From Patescibacteria group bacterium (GTDB lineage: Bacteria; Patescibacteriota; Microgenomatia; UBA1400; PJMF01): DNA of 64,000 nucleotides. The notes beneath the pieces were generated by a model, which worked only from the letters and a program-made list of their open reading frames with translations, searched no databases and was not told where the DNA came from. The DNA lies in assembly GCA_049322655.1 (NCBI GenBank), contig JBMORP010000006.1:448410-512409 (forward strand). Reading direction: 5' to 3'. Shown here piece after piece: positions 29,362 to 39,001 of this stretch (position 1 is its first letter; each line of letters starts with the position of its first letter). The translations under genes were made by a program, and so were the position numbers.

Positions 29362-30717
29362 GTGAAAAAAATAAAAAATAAGTTGCTGGAGACATTCAGT
29401 ATAAATTCAGTTTTTCCCTGGTTAATTATTTTCGGAGTCCTAACTAGATTATTCCTAATTTATAAACTACCACTCTGGGGAGACGAAGCTTACTCTATTT
29501 GGGCAACAGAACAAGCTTGGTTAGGAATCATTAATAACTCTGTAGATCCAGTTCACCCGCCTGGCTATTACTTATTTATTAAAGTTTGGGGCCTAATTAG
29601 TGATCATTTATTCTGGCTAAGATTGTCCAGTTTTGGTGCTTTTTTAATTAATCTTAAATTAATCAAAAAAATATTTGAAAATAATCAAGATTTACAAAAA
29701 ATAATAACTTTTCTTTATGTTTTTTCAGGTTACTTCTTGGTTTTTGACTGGCAACTTAGAATGTACACTCCTAGTTTGACCTTGATATTAGCCTCTTTAC
29801 TATTACAGAAACAAAATAAAAATATACCTCTTCTGTTCATCAACACCCTTGGTTATTTTTTTGACTATGCTTTTTTCTGGTATGGAGCAAGTTTTACTTT
29901 TTTTAGAATTATCAGTGAATTATTCAAAGAGAAAAAAGTATCAACAACCAGCAAAATCAACTTAAGCTCGTTTTTAATTTTCTTAACTTGGCTAGGTTTT
30001 AATCCTGGTTTAATCTTTTCTGGAGAAGAAGGTATCGGCTGGGCAGTTAAATATTACGATCCTCTTTTTCACTTGCCTTATTTTTTGGGTACTCATGCTT
30101 TTCCTTGGCTGAGCATCTTTTTCATCATCTTATTAAGCCACGGAGTGATAACTTTTTTTAAAAAAGAGAAAACTGACTTAATCACAGAAATAATTTTTAT
30201 CAGCACTTGTTTTCTTTATTCAAGCACTCTTTTAGTATCTGTTTTACAAATCTTTAAAATTTTTCACTTCAGAAGTTTAAATATTATTCCTTTAATGTTT
30301 TTACTAGCAATTGCCTGGTCATTAAGATTTTTTAAGAAAAAAAACAAAAAAATATTTTTTTTAATTTTGCTTATTTATTTTATTAATTTTATTGGAGCAG
30401 TCATTGTGCATCTCAGCTATAAAGATGACAATGCCGGTAAACTAATCGTTCATTTTTTTCCATGGAAATACTCTTTTTCACAGATATTAAAAACCAATGA
30501 TGTCAATCAAAAATATATTTCAATTAAAGAAATACCCACAGAAAATATTGAATATCTATATATCTGGAGTTTTTTCTATACTGCGAGAGGTAAAGAGACT
30601 CTAGGAGAAAAATCAATCGAGGTTAAAATAGAACCAGCCAAAGATTATCAAGACTGTCAAAAAATAGAAAATATTGAATATTATTGGCAATCTTACCTTT
30701 GCCCAAAAAATTATTAA
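29362..30717 (+). CDS. GT-C fold membrane glycosyltransferase (PMT/ArnT-like)
   Basis: LWGDEAYS...HPPGYY, RMY motif, multiple TM helices; very AT-rich. Confidence 0.75.
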   Translation: MKKIKNKLLETFSINSVFPWLIIFGVLTRLFLIYKLPLWGDEAYSIWATEQAWLGIINNSVDPVHPPGYYLFIKVWGLISDHLFWLRLSSFGAFLINLKLIKKIFENNQDLQKIITFLYVFSGYFLVFDWQLRMYTPSLTLILASLLLQKQNKNIPLLFINTLGYFFDYAFFWYGASFTFFRIISELFKEKKVSTTSKINLSSFLIFLTWLGFNPGLIFSGEEGIGWAVKYYDPLFHLPYFLGTHAFPWLSIFFIILLSHGVITFFKKEKTDLITEIIFISTCFLYSSTLLVSVLQIFKIFHFRSLNIIPLMFLLAIAWSLRFFKKKNKKIFFLILLIYFINFIGAVIVHLSYKDDNAGKLIVHFFPWKYSFSQILKTNDVNQKYISIKEIPTENIEYLYIWSFFYTARGKETLGEKSIEVKIEPAKDYQDCQKIENIEYYWQSYLCPKNY

Positions 30718-30759
30718 CTCGTCAAAAAAACAATCTCTTGATATAATTCTTGCTTATAA

Positions 30760-30833
30760 GCCAGGGTAGCTCAGTTGGTTAGAGCATCGGATTCATAAAC
30801 CGAAGGTCGTGAGTTCAACTCTCACCCCTGGTA
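30760..30833 (+). tRNA. tRNA with CAT anticodon (elongator Met or Ile2), CCA not encoded
   Basis: GCCAGGG/CCCTGGT acceptor, TAGCTCAGTTGGTTAGAGC D arm, TT-CAT-AA loop, GTGAG-TTCAACT-CTCAC T arm. Confidence 0.92.
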
Positions 30834-30869
30834 CAAAATCACTTTTTCTCGTCATTTCATTCCTCGAAT

Positions 30870-30906
30870 GTGAGTTCACCCTAAAGGGTATAAACAACTC
30901 TCACCC
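30870..30906 (+). repeat. Duplicated tRNA 3' fragment interrupted by an 18-nt insert
   Basis: GTGAGTTCA + CCCTAAAGGGTATAAACA + ACTCTCACCC, compared with tRNA 30809-30827 GTGAGTTCAACTCTCACCC. Confidence 0.7.
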
Positions 30907-30921
30907 ATGATAAAAAACGGC

Positions 30922-30949
30922 AAAGACCCGCCATTTAGGCGGGCCTTTT
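30922..30949. terminator. Terminator between the tRNA and the convergent lipoprotein gene
   Basis: AAAGACCCGCC...GGCGGGCCTTTT. Confidence 0.7.
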
Positions 30950-30975
30950 ATTCGATTGTCTTGGTGATTTTTCTG

Positions 30976-31458
30976 TTATGGATTTCGGTAATCTATTACC
31001 TCCAAGCTAGGGTACATTTCAGAGATGGTGAAGCGATGAGCGTCGCAAACCACATCTCCTGGTTGCAGGGTTGTATTGAAAACCGTTAGCAGGGTTTCCC
31101 AGTCATATCTCTCGATACGGCTTGGATTCCCATCTGCATAAACAAGAATCTCAATAACCTGACCGAAAATGCTTCCCATTTCGTGAGGCTCAGTCCCAGA
31201 CTCCCTCCTCAAAGCAGCAATCGGTCCTTCATCAGGACCAATCACCGCGCAAACACACCAATCAGTGCTCATATTACCTTTAGGGCAATACAAATCACCA
31301 ATGGTGGGCTCTGGGATTAGAGGAGTGGTCGGTTCGGGCATTGCCGTTGCAGTGGCTGTTGCCACAACCTGAGGAGTTACCTCCGGCGTTGGACTACAAG
31401 CCGCAACAAAGAAAACCATTACCCCCAAGACAAGCAAAACAAACTTGTGACTTTTCAT
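30976..31458 (-). CDS. Hypothetical lipoprotein with Pro/Thr-rich linker and Cys-containing domain
   Basis: GGAGGTG SD, MKSHKF...VAAC lipobox, TATATAMPEPTTP linker. Confidence 0.75.
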   Translation of the reverse strand: MKSHKFVLLVLGVMVFFVAACSPTPEVTPQVVATATATAMPEPTTPLIPEPTIGDLYCPKGNMSTDWCVCAVIGPDEGPIAALRRESGTEPHEMGSIFGQVIEILVYADGNPSRIERYDWETLLTVFNTTLQPGDVVCDAHRFTISEMYPSLEVIDYRNP

Positions 31459-31585
31459 AATAGTCACCTCCATAAAGTCTTGGCGAAAATTCTCCAGCAA
31501 CAATCTTAAAGAGCGAGTTATCTTTCCTAGCCAGGAAAGACAGCCAGCGTCTCTAAGGCATCGGAAAATTACTCACCAGACTTCT

Positions 31586-31614
31586 AGTATAACAAAATAT
31601 ATCAAAATAGTCAA
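31586..31614 (-). promoter_or_regulatory. Near-consensus sigma70 promoter of the lipoprotein gene
   Basis: TTGACT-N17-TATACT with a TG extended -10. Confidence 0.8.
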
Positions 31615-31650
31615 TGTTATAGGATACAAATCACCTTTCACAAAATAACT

Positions 31651-31678
31651 AAAAAAGCCCCTTATCAGGGGCTTTTTT
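31651..31678 (-). terminator. Intrinsic terminator of groESL
   Basis: AAAAAAGCCCC-TTATCA-GGGGCTTTTTT. Confidence 0.85.
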
Positions 31679-31697
31679 AATTTTAAAACAATGTTTT

Positions 31698-33314
31698 TTA
31701 CATCATTCCAGGCATACCACCAGTTGGCATAGCTGGTTCTTCTTTTGGCACATCAGTAACTAAACACTCTGTAGTTAAAATCATTGAAGCTACAGAAGCA
31801 GCATTTTCCAAAGAAGAGATTGCTACTTTGGCTGGTTCAATCACCCCTGCCTCCACTAAGTCTTCCAACTTGTTGGTCACGGCGTTGAATCCATAAGTAT
31901 TACTGTTTTTTTGTAATACCTGACCAACTACCCAACCAGCATCTTCACCAGAGTTGGTAGCCAACATTCTCAGTGGCTCAGCCAAAACTGATTTGACTAG
32001 ATCCACTCCAGCTTTTTCATCTTCGCTGGTAGTTTTAAGTTCTTCTAGAACTTTAGTTGTTCTAAGTAAAGTCACTCCACCACCTGGAATAATGCCATCT
32101 TCAATCGCAGCTTTGGTGGCTTCTTTGGCGTCTTTAACTCGTTCTTGAAGATTTTTCATCTCAAGCTCGGTGCTAGCACCTACTTGGATTACTGCTACCC
32201 CACCAGTGAGCCGAGCTTTTCTCTCCTGAAGTTTTTCAATATCAAACTCAGAAGTAGAACTTTTAATCTCAGCCTCGATTTGAGCAACTCTAGCTGTGAT
32301 ATCGTTTTTACTACCTTTACCACCAACAATTCTGGTGGTGTCTTTGGTACATCTGACACTATCAGCTCGACCTAGAGACTCAATCGTAACATCTTTAAGT
32401 GCTCGACCGGTTTCACTACTAATAAAGTCAGCCCCGGTTAACACAGCAATATCTTGCAACATCGCTTTTCTTCTATCACCAAAGCCAGGAGCTTTGACTG
32501 GCAAAGCCTTGAAAGAACCACGAAGCTTGTTAACTACTAAAGTAGTCAAGGCTTCACCTTCAATATCATCAGCAATCATCACCAAACCTTTACCAGCATT
32601 CACCACTTGCTCTAAGACTGGCAAGATTTCTTTAATATTAGTGATTTTTTGGTCGGTCACCAAAATAAATGGATCTTCAATAACTGCCTCCATGTTTTCA
32701 GAATCAGTGACAAAGTAAGGAGAAGCATAACCTTTATCAAACTCCATTCCTTCTTTGTGTTGAATCTCGATTTCCATGGTTTTGCCTTCTTCGACCTCAA
32801 CCACTCCATCTTTGCCTACTAACTTAAGAGCTTCAGCGATTTTTTTACCGATCTCTTCATTTTGGGCAGAAATGGTGGCCACTTTTTCCCAATCACTTTC
32901 TTTGACTGGTTTAGCCACCTTGCGGATTTCTTTGACCACAGTCGCCACTGCTTTATCAATCCCTCGTTTCATAATCATTGGATTGGAACCAGCAGTGATG
33001 TATTTCATCCCTATTTCACTCATCTTCCAGGCTAGAAGGGTAGCCGTGGTGGTACCATCACCAGCTACATCATTAGTCTTAGAAGCAGCTTCTTTGACTA
33101 ATTGAGCACCCATGTTTTCAAATTTGTCTTCTAGTTCAATCTCTTTAGCCACAGACACGCCATCATGGATCACATTAGGAGCTCCCCAAGCTTTATCCAA
33201 AGCCACATTGCGCCCTTTGGGACCCAAGGTCGTAGTCACTGCTTGAGCTAACTGTGTAATTCCAGACAACATTTTTTGTCTAGCTTGATCACCAAATAAA
33301 AGTTGTTTTGCCAT
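31698..33314 (-). CDS. groL: Chaperonin GroEL
   Basis: [31 protein letters not shown] tail. Start ATG 33314. Confidence 0.99.
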   Translation of the reverse strand: MAKQLLFGDQARQKMLSGITQLAQAVTTTLGPKGRNVALDKAWGAPNVIHDGVSVAKEIELEDKFENMGAQLVKEAASKTNDVAGDGTTTATLLAWKMSEIGMKYITAGSNPMIMKRGIDKAVATVVKEIRKVAKPVKESDWEKVATISAQNEEIGKKIAEALKLVGKDGVVEVEEGKTMEIEIQHKEGMEFDKGYASPYFVTDSENMEAVIEDPFILVTDQKITNIKEILPVLEQVVNAGKGLVMIADDIEGEALTTLVVNKLRGSFKALPVKAPGFGDRRKAMLQDIAVLTGADFISSETGRALKDVTIESLGRADSVRCTKDTTRIVGGKGSKNDITARVAQIEAEIKSSTSEFDIEKLQERKARLTGGVAVIQVGASTELEMKNLQERVKDAKEATKAAIEDGIIPGGGVTLLRTTKVLEELKTTSEDEKAGVDLVKSVLAEPLRMLATNSGEDAGWVVGQVLQKNSNTYGFNAVTNKLEDLVEAGVIEPAKVAISSLENAASVASMILTTECLVTDVPKEEPAMPTGGMPGMM

Positions 33315-33351
33315 AATTGTTTCCTCCTTATTGTTCTTATTTATCAAAAAT

Positions 33352-33699
33352 TTATTTAACTATTGCTAAAATATCTTCAAATTTTAAGAATTGATACTCG
33401 ATGTCATCAATCATCACTTCGTTACCACCCCATTTCTTGTAAACTACCATATCGCCTTTTTTTAGCTCTACTTCACAACAGTCAGGAGCTTTTTCATTAC
33501 AGCAACCACCACCACAACACTGGTCCTCACAACAACCACGATCAGCTTCACCCACAGCAAGCACCTTACCATATTGAGGTTTTTCACTATCATTTTCTGG
33601 CAAGATAATTCCAGCTACTGTTTTTTGTTCACTTTTGGCTGGTTCTACCAAAACATAACCTGCCATCGGTTTTAATTGAGCGACTGAAAGACTTTTCAT
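33352..33699 (-). CDS. groS: Co-chaperonin GroES with Cys-rich insertion
   Basis: LKP...VLV, GIILP, GKVLAVG, KKGD.V.Y, EDILAIV. Confidence 0.95.
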   Translation of the reverse strand: MKSLSVAQLKPMAGYVLVEPAKSEQKTVAGIILPENDSEKPQYGKVLAVGEADRGCCEDQCCGGGCCNEKAPDCCEVELKKGDMVVYKKWGGNEVMIDDIEYQFLKFEDILAIVK

Positions 33700-33787
33700 G
33701 TTTTAACTCCTTTTCCCTCAGTTTTAAAACTGAGTACTAGAATAAATTACTTTATACTTGGGCAAACTGACAAAACCTGTCAGTCAA

Positions 33788-33825
33788 TTAGCAATTATAA
33801 TAATCGACTGCTAAAAACTTGTCAA
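33788..33825. promoter_or_regulatory. CIRCE operator (33788-33814) overlapping the groES promoter
   Basis: TTAGCAATT-N9-GACTGCTAA; minus strand TTGACA-N17-TATTAT. Confidence 0.8.
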
Positions 33826-33845
33826 CTACTTTTTATTGAGGAAAT

Positions 33846-34490
33846 TTATTCCTGAGGCACTGGCTTTTCTAACGTATCTTTTAAAGGCTGAGTTGGTTCT
33901 TTTTCCAAAACGGTTTGTTCTTTACCACTTGAAGAAATCATTTTTACCTCTGAAAGCAAGAAGCCTTCACAGTTTAAGCCTCTATCTTGGAAGTGTTTAT
34001 TAAGGTCATCTCTGATAATTGCCTCTATTTGTGATCGATTGTTTTTAATTTCATTCAAAGTATATTCACTCACCAATGAAGAGATTCTACTTCTAGAAAA
34101 CGGTCTCACTACCTTGGACACAACATTTTCACCAATGTTTTCCCAAATTTCTGGGGCATTACCTCGATCAATTCTAAACAACACCGACCCTTCAACCGAG
34201 ATATCTCGTCCATCTTTGGTCGAAGTCAAGATTGGAGTATCACCTAAGGCTTCCTTATTAGCTGATAAATCAAAATTTTTGTCAATTGAATATTCCAAAA
34301 CCTGGGCATTAAATAACTTAGCTACTTGCCAAAAAGGAATTTTAAGATGTAAACCAGGACCCCAAACTTTGGGTAAGACTCCACGACCGCGATCATACAC
34401 ACAGGCGACTTGTCCTGGTGGCACAGAAATAAAAAAGCCACCTACTACTTCATCTACTAAAAAAGAAACAACTAGTCTATCGAATTCCAT
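33846..34490 (-). CDS. SPFH/prohibitin-family protein
   Basis: VPPG...GPGLHLKIPF, TKDG..ISVEGSV.FRID. Confidence 0.8.
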   Translation of the reverse strand: MEFDRLVVSFLVDEVVGGFFISVPPGQVACVYDRGRGVLPKVWGPGLHLKIPFWQVAKLFNAQVLEYSIDKNFDLSANKEALGDTPILTSTKDGRDISVEGSVLFRIDRGNAPEIWENIGENVVSKVVRPFSRSRISSLVSEYTLNEIKNNRSQIEAIIRDDLNKHFQDRGLNCEGFLLSEVKMISSSGKEQTVLEKEPTQPLKDTLEKPVPQE

Positions 34491-34532
34491 AGAATATTAT
34501 TCTACCTTAAAAATTTATTATTTGGGAGTTGA

Positions 34533-34907
34533 CTAAGCCTCAAGATTATCTTCTCCAGATACAATTGTCTGAAAAAGACTCAATGTTTCCTTAAGTTCTG
34601 TCATAACTTGTACTGACAACTCCAAAGTTTTATTATCTAATTTAACTCCATCCAATTGAAAAAGAGATTCGTCAACAAAATTTTCCGCTAACTCACTAAC
34701 AAATTCCTCGTTTTCTCTAAGCCACTCTGTTTGTTCGGTTTGACCTTTAGCAGATAATTTTTTTAAAATTTGGGAGATTTCTTTGATTTGTTGTTGACGT
34801 TGATACAGATCAAATCTAACTTTGGCTGAAACTTGATCATTAGCATTATCTAGTTCGCTTGAAAAGTCATCATCAATAAAAACTTTTATTTTTCTACTTC
34901 TTGGCAT
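34533..34907 (-). CDS. Hypothetical protein
   Basis: ORF with TATAAT 8 nt upstream of the ATG. Confidence 0.6.
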   Translation of the reverse strand: MPRSRKIKVFIDDDFSSELDNANDQVSAKVRFDLYQRQQQIKEISQILKKLSAKGQTEQTEWLRENEEFVSELAENFVDESLFQLDGVKLDNKTLELSVQVMTELKETLSLFQTIVSGEDNLEA

Positions 34908-34997
34908 CTGCTGGCATTATACTGCAGATTTATCTGAAAAAAAGCTAAAACTAGTAAATTCATAGTTACTAGCCAAACCTGGTAAAATACACTCCTG

Positions 34998-36074
34998 GTG
35001 CAAATACTTAAATTAGATAAAAATAACCAACCACAAATTATTGACCAAGCTTGTCAAGTTTTGGCCAACGGTGGAATCGTCATTTACCCAACTGAAACAG
35101 TTTATGGCGTGGGCGTTGATGCCACTAACTTTCAAGCTGTAGAAAAATTATTAGCTTATAAAAGTCGTCGAGAGGGTAAACCATTATCGGTCGCTGTAAC
35201 CAGTCAAGAAATGGCAGAACAATACGTGATTTTGACTGAGCAAGCTAAAAAATTTTATCAACGGTTTTTACCTGGCCCTTATACCATTGTTTCTCAAGGT
35301 AAAAACCAAGTTGCGCCGGCTGTTGAATCAGAGTTTGGCACCTTGGGAATTAGAATTCCTGATTATCCACTGATCACTAACCTAGTCAAAGAATTTGGTA
35401 AACCAATTACTTCTACTTCAGCTAACGGCTCTGACAAAAAAAGACCTTACCAAATTCAAGACATTTTTGATAATTTATCTAAAAAACAAAAAAATCTAAT
35501 TGATTTAGTGATTGATGCTGGAGTTTTACCTCCCAACGAGCCCTCCATCGTCATTGATACTACCCTATCTACTCCTTTAGAAGTAAGAGGCCAATTATCA
35601 ACTCAACCAGCCGACAAAAAATTTTTGACCAAATCAGAGCAAGAAACCAAAAATCTAGCGGGCAAACTTCTCCTTAAATACTGGAACCAACTAAAAAACC
35701 AAGGTCTAATCATCGGTCTTAACGGGAAATTAGGCACAGGTAAAACCATCTTTACTCAAGGAATGGCTCAATTTCTCCAAATTGACCAACCCCTTTCATC
35801 GCCCACTTATAACTACCTAAATCAATATGACTTTACTAGACACAATACCAAAGGTATTCTTTACCACTTAGATGTTTGGAAAATAGACTCTGAACCATCC
35901 TTTAAACTGTTAAATATTCCCAGTTTAGTCGCTCCAAATACCGTAACTGTAATCGAGTGGTGGCAACAAATTGAACCATATTGGCCCACAAACCTGCCAC
36001 TTACTTTTCAAGCTTCGATTAGTGAGGTCGCTGGAGATATTGAAGCCAGAGAAATTAGGATTTTTGAATCATGA
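34998..36074 (+). CDS. tsaC: Fused TsaC/Sua5 (threonylcarbamoyl-AMP synthase) - TsaE ATPase
   Basis: N-half YPTETVYG, K.R...KPL, STSAN; C-half GKLGTGKT, SSPTY, YHLD, VIEW. Confidence 0.88.
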   Translation: MQILKLDKNNQPQIIDQACQVLANGGIVIYPTETVYGVGVDATNFQAVEKLLAYKSRREGKPLSVAVTSQEMAEQYVILTEQAKKFYQRFLPGPYTIVSQGKNQVAPAVESEFGTLGIRIPDYPLITNLVKEFGKPITSTSANGSDKKRPYQIQDIFDNLSKKQKNLIDLVIDAGVLPPNEPSIVIDTTLSTPLEVRGQLSTQPADKKFLTKSEQETKNLAGKLLLKYWNQLKNQGLIIGLNGKLGTGKTIFTQGMAQFLQIDQPLSSPTYNYLNQYDFTRHNTKGILYHLDVWKIDSEPSFKLLNIPSLVAPNTVTVIEWWQQIEPYWPTNLPLTFQASISEVAGDIEAREIRIFES

Positions 36075-37132
36075 CCAAAATACCAACTATTCTAGCGATT
36101 GATACTTCCTGTGATGAAACTTCTGTAGCTGTAATTCAAGGTCAAAAAGTTCTAAGCAACACCATTGCTTCTCAAATAAATCTCCATAAACAATATGGAG
36201 GAGTTTTTCCCACTGTAGCCAAACAAGCCCATCAAGAAAATATCGATCCAACAATTACCGCTAGTTTAAGACAAGCCAAGCTTACTAAAAAAGAGATTGA
36301 TTATCTGGCCGTTACCCAGGGTCCTGGTCTAGCACCGGCTTTGGAGATAGGTATTCAAAAAGCTCTATCTCTAGGTAAAAACTGGCAAAAAAAGGTTATC
36401 CCAGTCAATCATATTGAAGGACATATCTTGTCTGTTTTAGCCCAACCCAACCCAATTAAAAAAAACTTCACTACCATCAAACCAAAACTTCCTGTTTTGG
36501 CCGTAGTGGTTTCTGGTGGTCACACTGAGTTTATTTTGGTTGAAAAAATCGGAACTTATAAAAAACTCGGGACAACCATCGATGATGCAGCTGGAGAATG
36601 TTTAGATAAAGTAGGTAGGCTCTTAGGTTTAGGCTACCCTGCTGGCCCAGTAGTGGAAAAATTAGCCAAAAAAGGTGATCCCAAATCATTTGCTTTCCCT
36701 TTACCAATGACTACCACTCACGATTACAATCTAAGTTTTTCTGGTATTAAAACCCACTCTCGAAATGCTATTGATAAACTTGAAAAAAACAACCAACTTG
36801 ATAAACAAGCAATTGCTAATTTTTGTGCTTCTTTGCAGTTTGGAGTCTTTCGACACATTACTTATAAACTGGAAAAACTCCTAACAGACCAACCAGTTAA
36901 AGAGTTGTGGCTCGGAGGCGGTGTGGCCGCGAATCTAGAGCTGAGAAAAGCTCTGAAAAAAGTAGCCAAAAAGTATCAATTGAAACTTAGAACCCCATAT
37001 AATAATAAACTTTGTGGTGATAATGCTGCCATGATTGGTCTAGCCGCCTACTATAAAATCAATCAAAACCAAGAATTGCCAACAAATATAGACCGTCGTC
37101 CTCAGTGGCAGATTGACAAGACTTATTTTTAA
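36071..37132 (+). CDS. tsaD: tRNA N6-adenosine threonylcarbamoyltransferase TsaD
   Basis: IDTSCDET, GPGL, NHIEGH, VSGGHT, DDAAGE, DNAAMI. Confidence 0.97.
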   Translation: MTKIPTILAIDTSCDETSVAVIQGQKVLSNTIASQINLHKQYGGVFPTVAKQAHQENIDPTITASLRQAKLTKKEIDYLAVTQGPGLAPALEIGIQKALSLGKNWQKKVIPVNHIEGHILSVLAQPNPIKKNFTTIKPKLPVLAVVVSGGHTEFILVEKIGTYKKLGTTIDDAAGECLDKVGRLLGLGYPAGPVVEKLAKKGDPKSFAFPLPMTTTHDYNLSFSGIKTHSRNAIDKLEKNNQLDKQAIANFCASLQFGVFRHITYKLEKLLTDQPVKELWLGGGVAANLELRKALKKVAKKYQLKLRTPYNNKLCGDNAAMIGLAAYYKINQNQELPTNIDRRPQWQIDKTYF

Positions 37133-37152
37133 AATAAGGATATAATGGAAAC

Positions 37153-38976
37153 GTGTCAAAATTTCAACTGACACCAGTTACCGGCCTGCCTCAAGTCGAT
37201 GGTTGGGCTCAAGTGATTTCTCATCCCTCTGGCTCATTCTTTTGTGTGTTGGCTGTTCAAGGTCAAAATGCTAACTCAATTGGTAAAAACTTAACTGAGT
37301 TCTTGCTCTCTCAAGAAATTAATACTAGCGCGTCTCTTCACCACGTTTTACTAGATTTATTACAAAAAGCCAGAGCCGAGCTTTGTAAAATTCAACTAGC
37401 TTGTCTAACCATAGGTGAAAAAAACAAAGTGATTGCAGCCACCCACAGTGGTTCTGTGCTACTCAAAAGAAATGGAAAGATCGGCGAAATTCTTTTTTCA
37501 ACTGGAGAACTAAAAATTATTGAAGGTGTTCTTCAAGATGGAGATCTCTTCAGCATCGCCACTGAAGAAGCCAAAGATACTTTTTCAAATCTCAAAGAAA
37601 AACTAGCTAATAAAACTGAAGAAATTGCCACCAAACTAGTTTCGGAATTACAAGATAATCAAACTTCCTCCTTGGTTGCTGTGGGACTACTAGAAGAAAC
37701 AATAATCGAAGTAGATTCAACCACTAAAAAAGTTAATAGAAAAGTTTTTAAAGAAAAACTAGCTAACTTAATTAACTATTCCAGAAAAGTTAATCTAAAA
37801 AACTTGTTCTTAGTTCCCAAAAAAATCAGTACTAAAATTAATTTTTCTAAAGAAAAAGTTACCTTAGAACAACAAAATAATCTGCAGTTGTTTTTGAAAA
37901 TAGCCTTTTTCTTGATTACTGTTTTTGTAGCAATTATTTTTTGGAAACAACAAGCCATTAAAAAAGAACTTGAGCCAATTACTCCTGTTTTAGAAAATAT
38001 TGACCAAAGATTTGAACAACTAAAAAACAACGATCGAACCAGTCAGCTTGAACTAAGAACAGAATCTAGAAACTTACTTAAAGAACTAGAAGATCTCATT
38101 ACCCAAAATAAAGATAACAAATACAGTTTAGAAGCTATTAAAAAACAATATCAAGAAATTCAAGCATTCAGTGAAACTATCTCTGGAGTAGAAACCCAAG
38201 GACCTCTAGATCCATTTTTTGACTTAAGGCTGGCTGAACCAGAATTTATTGAAAAACAAACCAGCCTTGACGGGCAACAACTTTTTGCATTAGATGCTGC
38301 TGGTGAATATGGTATTTATTTAGATTTAACTAACAAACAAACCACCAAATTTGATTTAGGAAAAGTTGAAGTTAGTACCAAAGCTATTGCTATTGGAGAA
38401 AACTCTTTATTTGCTCTAGGCAATGGGATCCATGTTTTCAACCTTACAGACCCTGAAAAACACCAACAACTCAAGGAAGAAGGAGACTCAGACCGTGGCG
38501 GTACAATTATTAAGGCTTACGGTCCATATATTTATATCTTTAACCCTGAAAAAAGAAATATTTATCGCTACCTACTTAAAGATGAAGAACTTAGTGAGCC
38601 AATTGGCTGGTTAATAGATAAACAAGATTTAGATTTTTCTGCAGTTGAATCAATGGCTGTTGATGGAGATCTATGGTTAACAGATAACAACGGTCAAATC
38701 TTCAAATATACTCAAGGGCAAAAACAAGACTTCACTATTAAGGATTTACCCACAACCTTAGGTAAAACTATCAAAATTGCGGCCTCTGAAAACAATGACT
38801 ACTTATACATTTTGGACAAAGACCAACAAAAAGTCGTGATTCTACAAAAAGATGGCCAGTTTGTTAAAGAAATTAGCAGTGAATCGCTCTCTTCTGGTGG
38901 AAATATCGTTGCTTTAACTGATAAACCAGGCGCTCTAGTTATTAGTGGTTCACTTATCTATCAGCTATTCCCTTAA
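37153..38976 (+). CDS. Membrane protein: degenerate PP2C-like N-domain, TM helix, coiled coil, C-terminal beta-propeller-like region
   Basis: Single TM near aa 250; repeated YIYI..../MAVDGDLW/YLYILD beta segments. Domain calls are by eye. Confidence 0.55.
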   Translation: MSKFQLTPVTGLPQVDGWAQVISHPSGSFFCVLAVQGQNANSIGKNLTEFLLSQEINTSASLHHVLLDLLQKARAELCKIQLACLTIGEKNKVIAATHSGSVLLKRNGKIGEILFSTGELKIIEGVLQDGDLFSIATEEAKDTFSNLKEKLANKTEEIATKLVSELQDNQTSSLVAVGLLEETIIEVDSTTKKVNRKVFKEKLANLINYSRKVNLKNLFLVPKKISTKINFSKEKVTLEQQNNLQLFLKIAFFLITVFVAIIFWKQQAIKKELEPITPVLENIDQRFEQLKNNDRTSQLELRTESRNLLKELEDLITQNKDNKYSLEAIKKQYQEIQAFSETISGVETQGPLDPFFDLRLAEPEFIEKQTSLDGQQLFALDAAGEYGIYLDLTNKQTTKFDLGKVEVSTKAIAIGENSLFALGNGIHVFNLTDPEKHQQLKEEGDSDRGGTIIKAYGPYIYIFNPEKRNIYRYLLKDEELSEPIGWLIDKQDLDFSAVESMAVDGDLWLTDNNGQIFKYTQGQKQDFTIKDLPTTLGKTIKIAASENNDYLYILDKDQQKVVILQKDGQFVKEISSESLSSGGNIVALTDKPGALVISGSLIYQLFP

Positions 38977-39001
38977 CCTCTGGTATACTACCAGATATAG
39001 T

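Noticed and set aside
30907-31089. 60-aa ORF after the tRNA
   Set aside because: It runs through a terminator hairpin and is antisense to the lipoprotein gene.
25993-31614. Integron, prophage or genomic island driven by the tyrosine recombinase
   Set aside because: No IntI-specific insertion, attC arrays, phage structural genes or flanking direct repeats seen; neighbours are mostly housekeeping genes.
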